This document shows positions 36,308 to 44,939 of a stretch of DNA of 48,198 nucleotides, one piece after another. The notes beneath the pieces are model-generated. The model searched no databases. It saw only the letters and a list, made by a program, of their open reading frames with translations, and was not told the DNA's origin. Both the position numbers and the translations under genes were made by a program. Location: the IMG/VR virus record IMGVR_UViG_3300011442_000004, positions 1 through 48,198 of that record. One strand, given 5' to 3'. Every line of letters starts with the position of its first letter. Position 1 is the stretch's first letter. Source of the DNA: a virus (Duplodnaviria > Caudoviricetes).

Positions 36308-37712
36308 GCTGCCGCCCAAGCCCGACTTCAAGATGCACCAGTCGTCGCGGGACGACTACTTCGCGAAGCTGCTGTCCATGAACGCCCCCATCGGGCTCGG
36401 CGACCGGGTCCGCTACGACCACTCGACGCAGCTCTGGCACATCTGGAACGGCATCCGCTGGGCGCCGGACCGGAAGACCGAGATGTTCGACCTCATCCGG
36501 GGCCAGCTCATGGTCTGGGGCAACGACCACGAACTAATCAAGGACCGGGACGACTGGAAGCTCTTCGGCCCGCTCTTCGACTACAACAAGAAAGTCGCCG
36601 TCCTGAAGACGCTCGCGTCGTTCGACGGCATTGCAATGTCGGGCGAGGAGTGGGACCGGCAGCCCGAGCTGATGGGGTTCAACAACGGGGTGCTCGACCT
36701 GCGGACCCTCGTGCTCGACACCAACCCGGCCCCCGACCTCCTCATCTCGCGCTCGACCGGCGTGGACTGGGACCCGAAGGCGGACGTCAAGCCGTTCGTC
36801 GCGTTCGTGGACGACATCATGGGTCACGACTCCGACATCCGGGACTACCTCCTGCGCGTGCTCGGGTACTCGATGCTCGGCACCAACCGCGAGCAGCAAT
36901 TCTGGATGTGGGTCGGGCAGGGCCAGAACGGCAAGGGCGTGCTTGCTCGCACGGTGGCCGCCGCTCTCGGCGACTACGCCGCGACCCCGCCGGACACCCT
37001 GTACATGAAGTCCAAGTGGGGCTCGGCGTCGAGCGACAAGCCCCGGCCGGAGCTGCTGAAGCTGGAGGGCGCGCGGTTCACCTACATGTCGGAGCCGCAG
37101 GGCGGGCAGTTCAACGAGGAGATGCTGAAGGCTCACACCGGCAACGACCCGATTGAGGGTCGGACGCTCTACGCGAAGACCTTCAAGACGTTCCAGCCCA
37201 CCCACAAAATCGTCTTCCTGACCAACAACCCTCCACGGACGGACGACGTCGGCCCCTCCATGCAGCGCCGCGTGCGCATCGTGTGGTTCGAGCAGGACTA
37301 CCGGGACCCCTCGCGTAACGACAAGGACATCGAGGACAAGCTGAAGACCGTCCCGGCGCTCCAAGGTGCGCTCCGGGTGATGGCCGTGGCCGCCAACGAG
37401 TATCTGGCGCAGGGGCTCGTGGAGCCGCAGAAGGTGCTCGACTGGTCGAGGGCCTACATCGAGGAGAACGACCCCCTCCAGACCTTCATCGTGGAGCAGT
37501 GCGTGCTCGAACCGGCCTCCGAGCTGGCCGCCGGGCAGGCGTGGAAGGCGTTCGAGGGCTGGTGCGAGCGCAACGGCGTCGAGAAGCTGTCGCACACCGG
37601 CTTCGGGCTCGCTATGGCGCGCAAGTTCACGAAGAAAGTGCGCAACACCGGCAACTTCTACCTCGGGCTGCGCCTGAAGAACTCGACGGATGCGACAGAT
37701 GACGACGAATAA
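36300..37712 (+). CDS. D5/P4-family SF3 helicase (primase-associated)
   Basis: FNNGVLDL, GQGQNGKG Walker A, LEGARF..SE, TNNPP, RRVRIVWF. Confidence 0.9.
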   Translation: MGKLPPKPDFKMHQSSRDDYFAKLLSMNAPIGLGDRVRYDHSTQLWHIWNGIRWAPDRKTEMFDLIRGQLMVWGNDHELIKDRDDWKLFGPLFDYNKKVAVLKTLASFDGIAMSGEEWDRQPELMGFNNGVLDLRTLVLDTNPAPDLLISRSTGVDWDPKADVKPFVAFVDDIMGHDSDIRDYLLRVLGYSMLGTNREQQFWMWVGQGQNGKGVLARTVAAALGDYAATPPDTLYMKSKWGSASSDKPRPELLKLEGARFTYMSEPQGGQFNEEMLKAHTGNDPIEGRTLYAKTFKTFQPTHKIVFLTNNPPRTDDVGPSMQRRVRIVWFEQDYRDPSRNDKDIEDKLKTVPALQGALRVMAVAANEYLAQGLVEPQKVLDWSRAYIEENDPLQTFIVEQCVLEPASELAAGQAWKAFEGWCERNGVEKLSHTGFGLAMARKFTKKVRNTGNFYLGLRLKNSTDATDDDE

Positions 37713-38202
37713 CGACATCCCGCTACAGCCTGATACAGAATTCGGGCTCCGCCGGTCGGTTCAGATGCTCAAAGAGGACCCGAAAGCCGCTCGCGAGGCG
37801 TTCAAGGCCGCCGGAAAGGCGTTCTGCCCCCATTGTGGGGTCAAACACCGCACGAAAACCCCCGATGAGTGCCAAGACGAGCACATGTCGGAGCGGACCC
37901 TCCAAAACCGGGTCGTTGCCCGGGCCAAGTCGCGCGGCTGGGTCGTGAAGCACGTCGGAAAGGGCATGACGGGGGCCGAGGGCGTCTGGGTGTCCACCGC
38001 GAAGAACTTCCCGGACCTGTTCATGCTCCACGAGGGCCAGCGCCGGGCGCTCGCCATCGAGCTGAAGCGCGAGAAGGGCGAGTACGAGCCCGGACAGCTC
38101 GAATACCTCCAGCTCCTCAACGTCTGCGGCATCGACGCCGTGACCATCCGGCCGCATCACTTGCGGGACGGCACCGTCAATGCCATCCTTGGTGCCCGAT
38201 GA
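37690..38202 (+). CDS. VRR-NUC domain nuclease with N-terminal Zn knuckle
   Basis: SERTLQ, FPDL, IELK...Q. Confidence 0.8.
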   Translation: MRQMTTNNDIPLQPDTEFGLRRSVQMLKEDPKAAREAFKAAGKAFCPHCGVKHRTKTPDECQDEHMSERTLQNRVVARAKSRGWVVKHVGKGMTGAEGVWVSTAKNFPDLFMLHEGQRRALAIELKREKGEYEPGQLEYLQLLNVCGIDAVTIRPHHLRDGTVNAILGAR

Positions 38203-38807
38203 CAATTGACATCCGCTGCACCGTGTGCAAGTACCCCGACAAGCGGCGCCTTATCGAGCTGGGCTGGAACGACGGCATGGCCGCCGCTGACCTCGCGCGC
38301 CAGTTCGAGGGCCTGACGAGCGCGGCCATCACCAAGCACCTGAAGCAGCACGCCGAAGGTCTCCCAGCGTCCCGCCGCGTGGACGTCGAGCCTGTGACGC
38401 CCGCTCGGGAGCGCGTGCTCGCCCTCCAGCGATTGCAATTGGACGAGGTCGAGCGCCGCATCAACCTCGCCAAGCAGCGGGCCGACGAGCTGAACGCCGT
38501 GCTGGACGAGCTGGAGGCGGCCGGGGCGGAGGGCGCCGCCGAGACTCCCCGCCACGACTGGTCGGAGTTCACCGACATCCTCGGCAAGGACATGCAGGCG
38601 GCCATCGGCTCCATCCTGAAGATGCAGGGGCTCACCGACAAGCGCGAGAAGGCGACCTCCGAGCTGAAGCTCGGGCTCTTCGACTCGATGCTGAAGGCCG
38701 GTTTGGCGCCGAAGGCTATCTCGGGCGCTATTAGCCTCCCGCAGCTACCCCCGGGCGACCCCCCGGGCGCTCACGGCGAGCCGACGCAGGGCGACGATAG
38801 TGACTGA
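38199..38807 (+). CDS. Probable terminase small subunit
   Basis: CTVC plus HTH plus H..H N-terminus, helical remainder; overlaps the large-subunit start. Confidence 0.6.
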   Translation: MTIDIRCTVCKYPDKRRLIELGWNDGMAAADLARQFEGLTSAAITKHLKQHAEGLPASRRVDVEPVTPARERVLALQRLQLDEVERRINLAKQRADELNAVLDELEAAGAEGAAETPRHDWSEFTDILGKDMQAAIGSILKMQGLTDKREKATSELKLGLFDSMLKAGLAPKAISGAISLPQLPPGDPPGAHGEPTQGDDSD

Positions 38808-40446
38808 CTGGGTCAAGGAGTTCGAGCGGTGCAAGTGGGACCCCATCCGGTTCGCCCGGGTGTTCCTCGGCATCAAGCTCCACCCGGGCCAGAAGCGGAT
38901 GATTGAGGCGTACATCGCCCGGACCGACTCGCGCTGGCGCGCTCTCTACTACTGGGTCATGGTGGCCGCCGGGAACCGCGCCGGGAAGACGCTCGCCCTG
39001 TCCGTCATCATCCTGCACTCGTGCGTCTACCGCATCGGGCTGGAGCCCCCCAAGGCCGACGCCAGCGAGTACGAGCTGAAGCGGTTCGCCTCTCTGCCGT
39101 ACCATTGGTGGCACTTCGCCGTGGAGCAGGCCCCGGCCGAACAGGTGTTCTCCGAAATCATCAACCTGCTGGGCGGCTCGCACGCGGCGCAGAAGCAGGG
39201 GTGCCCGTGGGCCGACGCGGTCGGCGGCGCCGAGAAAATCTGCAAGGCCACACAGACCGACGGCGTCCCGTGGACGCAGGGCTCGAAGGAGCGCGGCGAG
39301 TACGCGTGGCTCATCTTCGCGCCCGAGCTGGGCGGGGCGCAGGTCCACTTCCGGTCCACCAAGGCCAAGGCCCTGTCGGCCATCGGGCAGAACATGCACG
39401 GGCTGAGCTTCGATGAGGCGGGCCTTCAGGAGGCGCCGTCCCTCACCTACCTGCTGAAGGAGGTCATGCACGCCCGGCGTCTCTCGACCGGCGGGCAGTT
39501 CGTCATCATCTCGACCCCGTCCGCCGACACGAGCACCGAGTTCGAGGACCTGTGGTTCACGAGCAAGAACGTGGACCCGTTCGGGGACCCGCGCTCGTTC
39601 TCGATGACAATGTCCACCCGCGACAACATCGGGTTCGGCATCGACCAAGAGAACTTCGACGCCCTCATCCTCCACCAAACCGAGGACTGGGTCTCGCAGA
39701 ACATCGACGGCAAGTTCATTCAGGCCATGGGGGTCTGGTTCAACGCCGCCAGCGTCCGGGCCGCCTTCATCGAGGACCTGCCGGAGAAGCAGGAGCCGAG
39801 GGGGCAGGGCCACAGCTACGCCCACGCGCTCGACCCCGGGCTGAAGGACAAGTGCTGGTCGCTCGTGGCTGAGATGGACGAGAAGGGCGGGCTGACGGGG
39901 GTGTCGCTCGACCGCCAGCCCGGCAAGCAGACGACGCGCGGCATCGTGGCCATCGGCGCCCGCGACCACAAGGAGTACGCGACCGGCGGCGCCGACGTCG
40001 AGACCGGCGTGGACAACACGGCCCTCGGCGGGCACATGTTCAAGGAACTGCTGGAGGAGGCCATCCCGGTCGTTCGCACTGTCGAGTTCGGCGGGGTCAT
40101 CAAGACCAAGCGCCAGCTCCTCTCCGACCTGCGGACCGCGTTCGATGAGGGCCGGTTGCGGTTCCCGGCCTCGGGCTACTGGGCCGAGGTCCAGAAGCAG
40201 TGCCTCAACTACAAGCTGGCCGACCGGAAGCTGGAGCAGGACCTCGTGATGTGCCTCGCCATCATCGTCAAGGTCTCGCGGTCCCTGCCCCGCCCGGGCA
40301 CCCCGGCCGCGACGCCCTTCGTCTTCGGCGCCAAGGGCGACCGGGACCCCGATAAGATGTCGGCCGGGGAGAAGCTGATGGCTGGCTACGCGATGGGCGA
40401 CGGTCCCGGCCTGACGACAGTTGCATCCTTCAAGAGACCCGAGTAG
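38800..40446 (+). CDS. terL: Terminase large subunit
   Basis: LHPGQ, AGNRAGKT Walker A, LSFDEAG Walker B, ISTP, ALDPG nuclease motif, DLVMCLAI. Confidence 0.92.
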   Translation: MTDWVKEFERCKWDPIRFARVFLGIKLHPGQKRMIEAYIARTDSRWRALYYWVMVAAGNRAGKTLALSVIILHSCVYRIGLEPPKADASEYELKRFASLPYHWWHFAVEQAPAEQVFSEIINLLGGSHAAQKQGCPWADAVGGAEKICKATQTDGVPWTQGSKERGEYAWLIFAPELGGAQVHFRSTKAKALSAIGQNMHGLSFDEAGLQEAPSLTYLLKEVMHARRLSTGGQFVIISTPSADTSTEFEDLWFTSKNVDPFGDPRSFSMTMSTRDNIGFGIDQENFDALILHQTEDWVSQNIDGKFIQAMGVWFNAASVRAAFIEDLPEKQEPRGQGHSYAHALDPGLKDKCWSLVAEMDEKGGLTGVSLDRQPGKQTTRGIVAIGARDHKEYATGGADVETGVDNTALGGHMFKELLEEAIPVVRTVEFGGVIKTKRQLLSDLRTAFDEGRLRFPASGYWAEVQKQCLNYKLADRKLEQDLVMCLAIIVKVSRSLPRPGTPAATPFVFGAKGDRDPDKMSAGEKLMAGYAMGDGPGLTTVASFKRPE

Positions 40447-40449
40447 ACT
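40421..40449 (+). promoter_or_regulatory. Sigma70-type promoter for the portal operon
   Basis: TTGCAT-N17-TAGACT; the TAG doubles as the terL stop. Confidence 0.55.
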
Positions 40450-40461
40450 CCACACGAACCC

Positions 40462-42429
40462 ATGGCTGACCAGAAGTACAGCAACCTCACGCTCACCAAC
40501 GGCATCTTGCTGGCTGGTGACTCCGACACGATGCTCCAGCGCGCCCTTCAGACGCGCATCGCGGGTATCAAGACGGAGCATGACGCGTTCGCTGACGCCG
40601 CTCGGCGGTTCGACAAGCTGTTCTACGCGACCACCTTCACCAAAGCGGGTGCCGACCTCTGGCCGGACGACCCGAACCTCAAAATCGACGGTCGCACACA
40701 CATCAGCATCAACACGCCGAGCGTCTACGTCGAGGTCCCTGCTGCCCTTCAGGCCGTGGAGCCCATCGAGAACATGGTCGCCATCGAGGACTCTGAAGAG
40801 GCTCGCGACGACGCCAACGCGCTCGAACGCCTCCGCGAGAGCTGGAAGGTCGAGCAGACGTGGCAGATGAAGCGCCACAAGGCCGCCATCGTCAAGGGCC
40901 TGTACGGCCGGACGGCCTCGTTCGTGTACCCCGACAAGGAGTACGGCTACCCGTGCGCTGAGGTCGTCATCAACCCCCGTAACCTGTACATGGGGTTCAA
41001 GGACGACAACTACGACAAGCTGGAGTGGGCCGCGCAGGTCACGCTCCTCGACCCGAACGCCGTCATGGAGAAGTACAGCGTCGAGGTCACGGTGAAGGCC
41101 ATGGCCGACGGGAGCGTCGTCCCGTGGGTCGTCAGCGCCATCGACGGCGTCGGGGCCGACGTGCCTCGCCCCGAGCTGAACTGGGGTCCGGCCAAGATTG
41201 AGGTCTGGGACTACTGGTACCGGAAGGTCGGGACCAAGGGCAAGCGCGGCCAGCAGGCCAAGATGGAGACGTGGAACTGCATCGTCGTCGGCAACGAGGT
41301 CGTGCGCGACGAGAAGTACGGCTACTACGAGGGCACCATCCCCTACGTCCCGCTCTTCAACACGTTCATCCCGGGCACTCCGTCGGGCCGCTCCGAGCTG
41401 CACGACATGGAGCAAATCATCATGGAGCAGATGGAGCGCATCACCGCTGGCGCCCAGATGATTGCCAAGGCCACGGCGGGCGACTACTGGCAGATTACGG
41501 GCGAGAACGCCCCGGCGCGCGGCGCCGCCAACGTCAAGCCGACGCTGGACCAGACCATCAGCCCCGGACCCGGCAACAGGTTCGAGGCCATCGCGCCGTT
41601 CATCGCCGAATTCCAATTGGAGCAGTTCCTCGGGCGGCTCGACCGAATGGCCGCCATCATCTCCGGCCTCAACGACCTGCTGCTGGGGCTCGCCCCGAGC
41701 GCGGTCCTCAACAGCTCGAAGGCCATCAACGCCCTCATCGCGAACTACGAGTCGCGGATTGCAATGCGCCGCCTGCTCTTCTACGATTGGGACCGGAAGA
41801 CGTGGGAGCTGACCTGCAAGGTCTGGGCGAACATGACCGGCGAGGGCGCGAAGTTGATGAAGCGCATCATCAAGAACGGGATGCCCCGTCTCGACATCAT
41901 CGACCCGTCGCTCTCCCCGCGCGACGAGATGGAGACCGCCTCCCGCGCCGCCAACCTCGTCAACAACAAGCTCTGGTCGCAGGCTCGCGGCATGGACGCC
42001 GTCGGCGTGGACGACCCCGAGCAGGAGCAGAACATCATCCGCCGCGAGTCCACGGACGCGACGCTCTGGCCGGACCGAGTCAACCTCATGGTCCAGCTCA
42101 TGGCCGCGCTGAATGCCGCGCAGCAGCAGATGCCCCCGGGCGCTGCCGCGCAGGCTGGCGGGCAGGCCGCGTCGGGCGCGGTCGCACTTCAGGACGCGCT
42201 CGGCATGGCCGGGCCACAGGCTGGTCCGGGCCAGCAGACCGGCGAGGGGCCGAACCCCGAAGCGGCTGTCACCCCCGACGTCGCCGGAGCTGGTAACTCG
42301 CCCTTCGCGCAGGGTCCCCAAGGGGCGCAGGCGCAGGGCGGGCCTCAGCCCACCCAAATCCAGTCGATGATTGCCGGGGGTAAGCTCTCCGGTCGCATCT
42401 TGAACAACACCAAGGTCGAGCGGAAGTAA
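40462..42429 (+). CDS. Portal protein
   Basis: Follows terL; 655 aa; IPYV..FN..GRSELHD and ISGL..LLG..SSKAI patterns; Gln/Gly/Pro-rich tail. Confidence 0.85.
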   Translation: MADQKYSNLTLTNGILLAGDSDTMLQRALQTRIAGIKTEHDAFADAARRFDKLFYATTFTKAGADLWPDDPNLKIDGRTHISINTPSVYVEVPAALQAVEPIENMVAIEDSEEARDDANALERLRESWKVEQTWQMKRHKAAIVKGLYGRTASFVYPDKEYGYPCAEVVINPRNLYMGFKDDNYDKLEWAAQVTLLDPNAVMEKYSVEVTVKAMADGSVVPWVVSAIDGVGADVPRPELNWGPAKIEVWDYWYRKVGTKGKRGQQAKMETWNCIVVGNEVVRDEKYGYYEGTIPYVPLFNTFIPGTPSGRSELHDMEQIIMEQMERITAGAQMIAKATAGDYWQITGENAPARGAANVKPTLDQTISPGPGNRFEAIAPFIAEFQLEQFLGRLDRMAAIISGLNDLLLGLAPSAVLNSSKAINALIANYESRIAMRRLLFYDWDRKTWELTCKVWANMTGEGAKLMKRIIKNGMPRLDIIDPSLSPRDEMETASRAANLVNNKLWSQARGMDAVGVDDPEQEQNIIRRESTDATLWPDRVNLMVQLMAALNAAQQQMPPGAAAQAGGQAASGAVALQDALGMAGPQAGPGQQTGEGPNPEAAVTPDVAGAGNSPFAQGPQGAQAQGGPQPTQIQSMIAGGKLSGRILNNTKVERK

Positions 42430-44939
42430 TGGCCCGGAGTCGCCGAGGCTCCTTCGGCCTCCAGCCGAGGGTCGCCCCCAACGTCACAGGTCAGGTCGTC
42501 GCGCTGGCGCGCGAGTATCAGGCCAAGCAGGACAGCAACATCATGGACGCGTGGCGCAACGGCGGCACCTTCAACGGTAAGAAGGTGACGGACGACATGG
42601 TGCTGTCCTACTGGCAGGAGCGCGGGAAGGGGCTCGACAAGAACGACCCCAACTACGAGGGCATCCATAACAACATCATGCAGCTCGAATACTCCGTGGC
42701 CCAGTCCAAGCAGGACCTCCTCCACGCGCAGGGCAAGCTGTCCGACGGGGCCTACGCTCAGTTCTTCCTGAAGTGGTCCAACAAGGTGCCGAAGAACAGC
42801 GAGTTCTACCGCGTGCTCCAGAAGGACGCGGCCGGGCTCATCGAGCAGTCCAAGGCCAAGGCTCGGGCCAACGGCGAGCGCATCAAGACCGAGGCGTTCA
42901 ACAAGTTCGTGCAGGACACGACCGCCAGCAAGATTGCAATTGGCGACGCCATGACGGCTGACCTCGACAAGCTGTCGAAGCAGACCGGCCTCAGCATCAC
43001 CGGCAACGGCGACGAGCTGCTGGCCCTCCTGACGCAGGACGTCAAGGCCAACCCGGACGGCCACCGCGCGCTGCTCGACACCCTGAAAAAGGGCGACCCG
43101 AGCTTCACGGGCGAGCTGACCGAGGGCTACTTCGCCAAGCACATCAAGGACGCCACGCAGGGCTACGAACTCATCGCTGACAAGGCCCAGAAGGGCGGCT
43201 TCGTGTCGGCCTACGCCAGCGCCACGCAGGGCATGGCGACCATGTCGGGCTGGGGCAGCAACGTCAAGGTCTGGCCGGTCTCGCAGACCTACACCGACTT
43301 GGAGAACTCGTTCCTGAAGGTCTTCAACGACCCGAACGCCTCCCAGATGGACAAGCAGGCTGCCGCCACGGCGTTCAGCGGGCAGCTCTCGAAGCTGGCG
43401 GCGACGCCGGGCATCGACCCGGGCTCGAAGACGATGATGGAGGCTGACGCGCAGCGGCTCCTCGGGCAGGACGCGGGCGACAATCCGTCGTTCGGCACGG
43501 CCATGCTCGGGCGGCAGGGCGTGGACCCGAAGATGTCGATGCAGCTCGGCGCGTGGGCGCAGACCAAGGTCGAGATGGACGCCAACCCCGCCGCGTGGGC
43601 CTACGCTCCGGTGGACGCCAACGGCCAGTTCGACGTCACGGGCAAGGGGCCGCTGGGCATGGTCCCGGCCGGGCAGGTCCAGCCGGGCGCGCAGGCCGTC
43701 ATGGTCCCGGGCGCCGACGGCAAGGCCGTCATGGCGATGGTCATGCCGCACTCCGTCTACGCGACCGACCCTAACGACCCGTCCGCGAGCCCGAAGCTCG
43801 CCGGGCACACGCTCGATTACAATGTGGGCGGCAAGTCCATCACCCTGTGGGGGTACAAGGACGCCAACAACAACCCCCAGTGGTCCCTCAACTCGCCTCT
43901 GGCCGAGGGCTCCACGACCCAGACAAACAACAACGGCGACGTCTTTGTCACGCCGGGGCATGTGACGCTCCCGGTGGACCAGCAGATTGCCGGGCTGAAG
44001 GACAACGCGGGCAACCCCATCCAGCTCAGCGACGCCGAGCGGGGCGCGCTCCTCGCGGGTGGGACCATCACCACCAAGGGCGCCGACCCGAAAAAGGGTG
44101 TCGGCGGCACCAAGACCGACATCACCCTCTCCGTGAAGAACGGCTACCTCAGCTCGACGTCCACCGTCAACACCATCGACAAGGACGGGAACGTCACCGC
44201 CAGCATCGTCACGCCGAACCAGCTCGCCGGGACGACCCCGGAGGGCAACGCGTTCTCGCAGTCGGCCATGCACGCCGGGGACATCCCGGGCGTCACCTTC
44301 AGCTCCCCGATGCTCGCGTCCGTGAAGGCGGCGAGCTACACCCAGACGCAGGACCAAGTGTCCAAGTTCGCGGCCGACCCCAACTTCCAGCAGGCGTTCC
44401 TGTCGCAGACGATGCAGACGCTCGGCACGACCAACCCGTTCGACCCGCGCATCGCCGACGCGTGGAAGTCCATCACGACCGTCAATGGCAATGCGCAGAA
44501 CCGGCAGGACCTCGCCGAGTTCCAAGGCAAGCCCATCCCGGCCGCCCTGCGCGCCGACCTGCGCTACCCGGGTCCCGACTTCCAGTCGAAGGACGCGCTG
44601 AACTCGAAGCTCAACGTCAACTTCGGCAACGGTCAGACCCTCCAAATCCCGGGCCTGCCGTCCTACCTGAAGGACCAGTCCATCCAAGGCCCGGGCGGCG
44701 GCGGCAGCGCGGCCTCGTGGCTCACCGGCAGCCCCATCGGCGGCCTTCTCTCCGGGCTGGGCGTTCAAGTCCCGAGCCAGATGCCGTCGGGCAGCCCCGC
44801 TGGCGCCATCAAGCCGACCACGGTCACGCCGTCGCCGACCTCCGGTACGCCGCCGCCTAGCGCCACCCCGGCTCCGACTCCGGCGCCGACCGCTGCGCCG
44901 ACGCCGCATCCGGTCAACACGTGGGGCGGCGGGTACTAG
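42429..44939 (+). CDS. Large putative internal virion protein
   Basis: 836 aa; TAATG-coupled to portal; helical N-half, Pro/Thr-rich C-terminus. Confidence 0.6.
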   Translation: MARSRRGSFGLQPRVAPNVTGQVVALAREYQAKQDSNIMDAWRNGGTFNGKKVTDDMVLSYWQERGKGLDKNDPNYEGIHNNIMQLEYSVAQSKQDLLHAQGKLSDGAYAQFFLKWSNKVPKNSEFYRVLQKDAAGLIEQSKAKARANGERIKTEAFNKFVQDTTASKIAIGDAMTADLDKLSKQTGLSITGNGDELLALLTQDVKANPDGHRALLDTLKKGDPSFTGELTEGYFAKHIKDATQGYELIADKAQKGGFVSAYASATQGMATMSGWGSNVKVWPVSQTYTDLENSFLKVFNDPNASQMDKQAAATAFSGQLSKLAATPGIDPGSKTMMEADAQRLLGQDAGDNPSFGTAMLGRQGVDPKMSMQLGAWAQTKVEMDANPAAWAYAPVDANGQFDVTGKGPLGMVPAGQVQPGAQAVMVPGADGKAVMAMVMPHSVYATDPNDPSASPKLAGHTLDYNVGGKSITLWGYKDANNNPQWSLNSPLAEGSTTQTNNNGDVFVTPGHVTLPVDQQIAGLKDNAGNPIQLSDAERGALLAGGTITTKGADPKKGVGGTKTDITLSVKNGYLSSTSTVNTIDKDGNVTASIVTPNQLAGTTPEGNAFSQSAMHAGDIPGVTFSSPMLASVKAASYTQTQDQVSKFAADPNFQQAFLSQTMQTLGTTNPFDPRIADAWKSITTVNGNAQNRQDLAEFQGKPIPAALRADLRYPGPDFQSKDALNSKLNVNFGNGQTLQIPGLPSYLKDQSIQGPGGGGSAASWLTGSPIGGLLSGLGVQVPSQMPSGSPAGAIKPTTVTPSPTSGTPPPSATPAPTPAPTAAPTPHPVNTWGGGY

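Noticed and set aside
734-42940. Octamer as a mere by-product of GATC avoidance
   Set aside because: Many sites are preceded by C or A rather than G, need extra rare codons (GCA, CAA, AAT), occur in several frames and in intergenic DNA.
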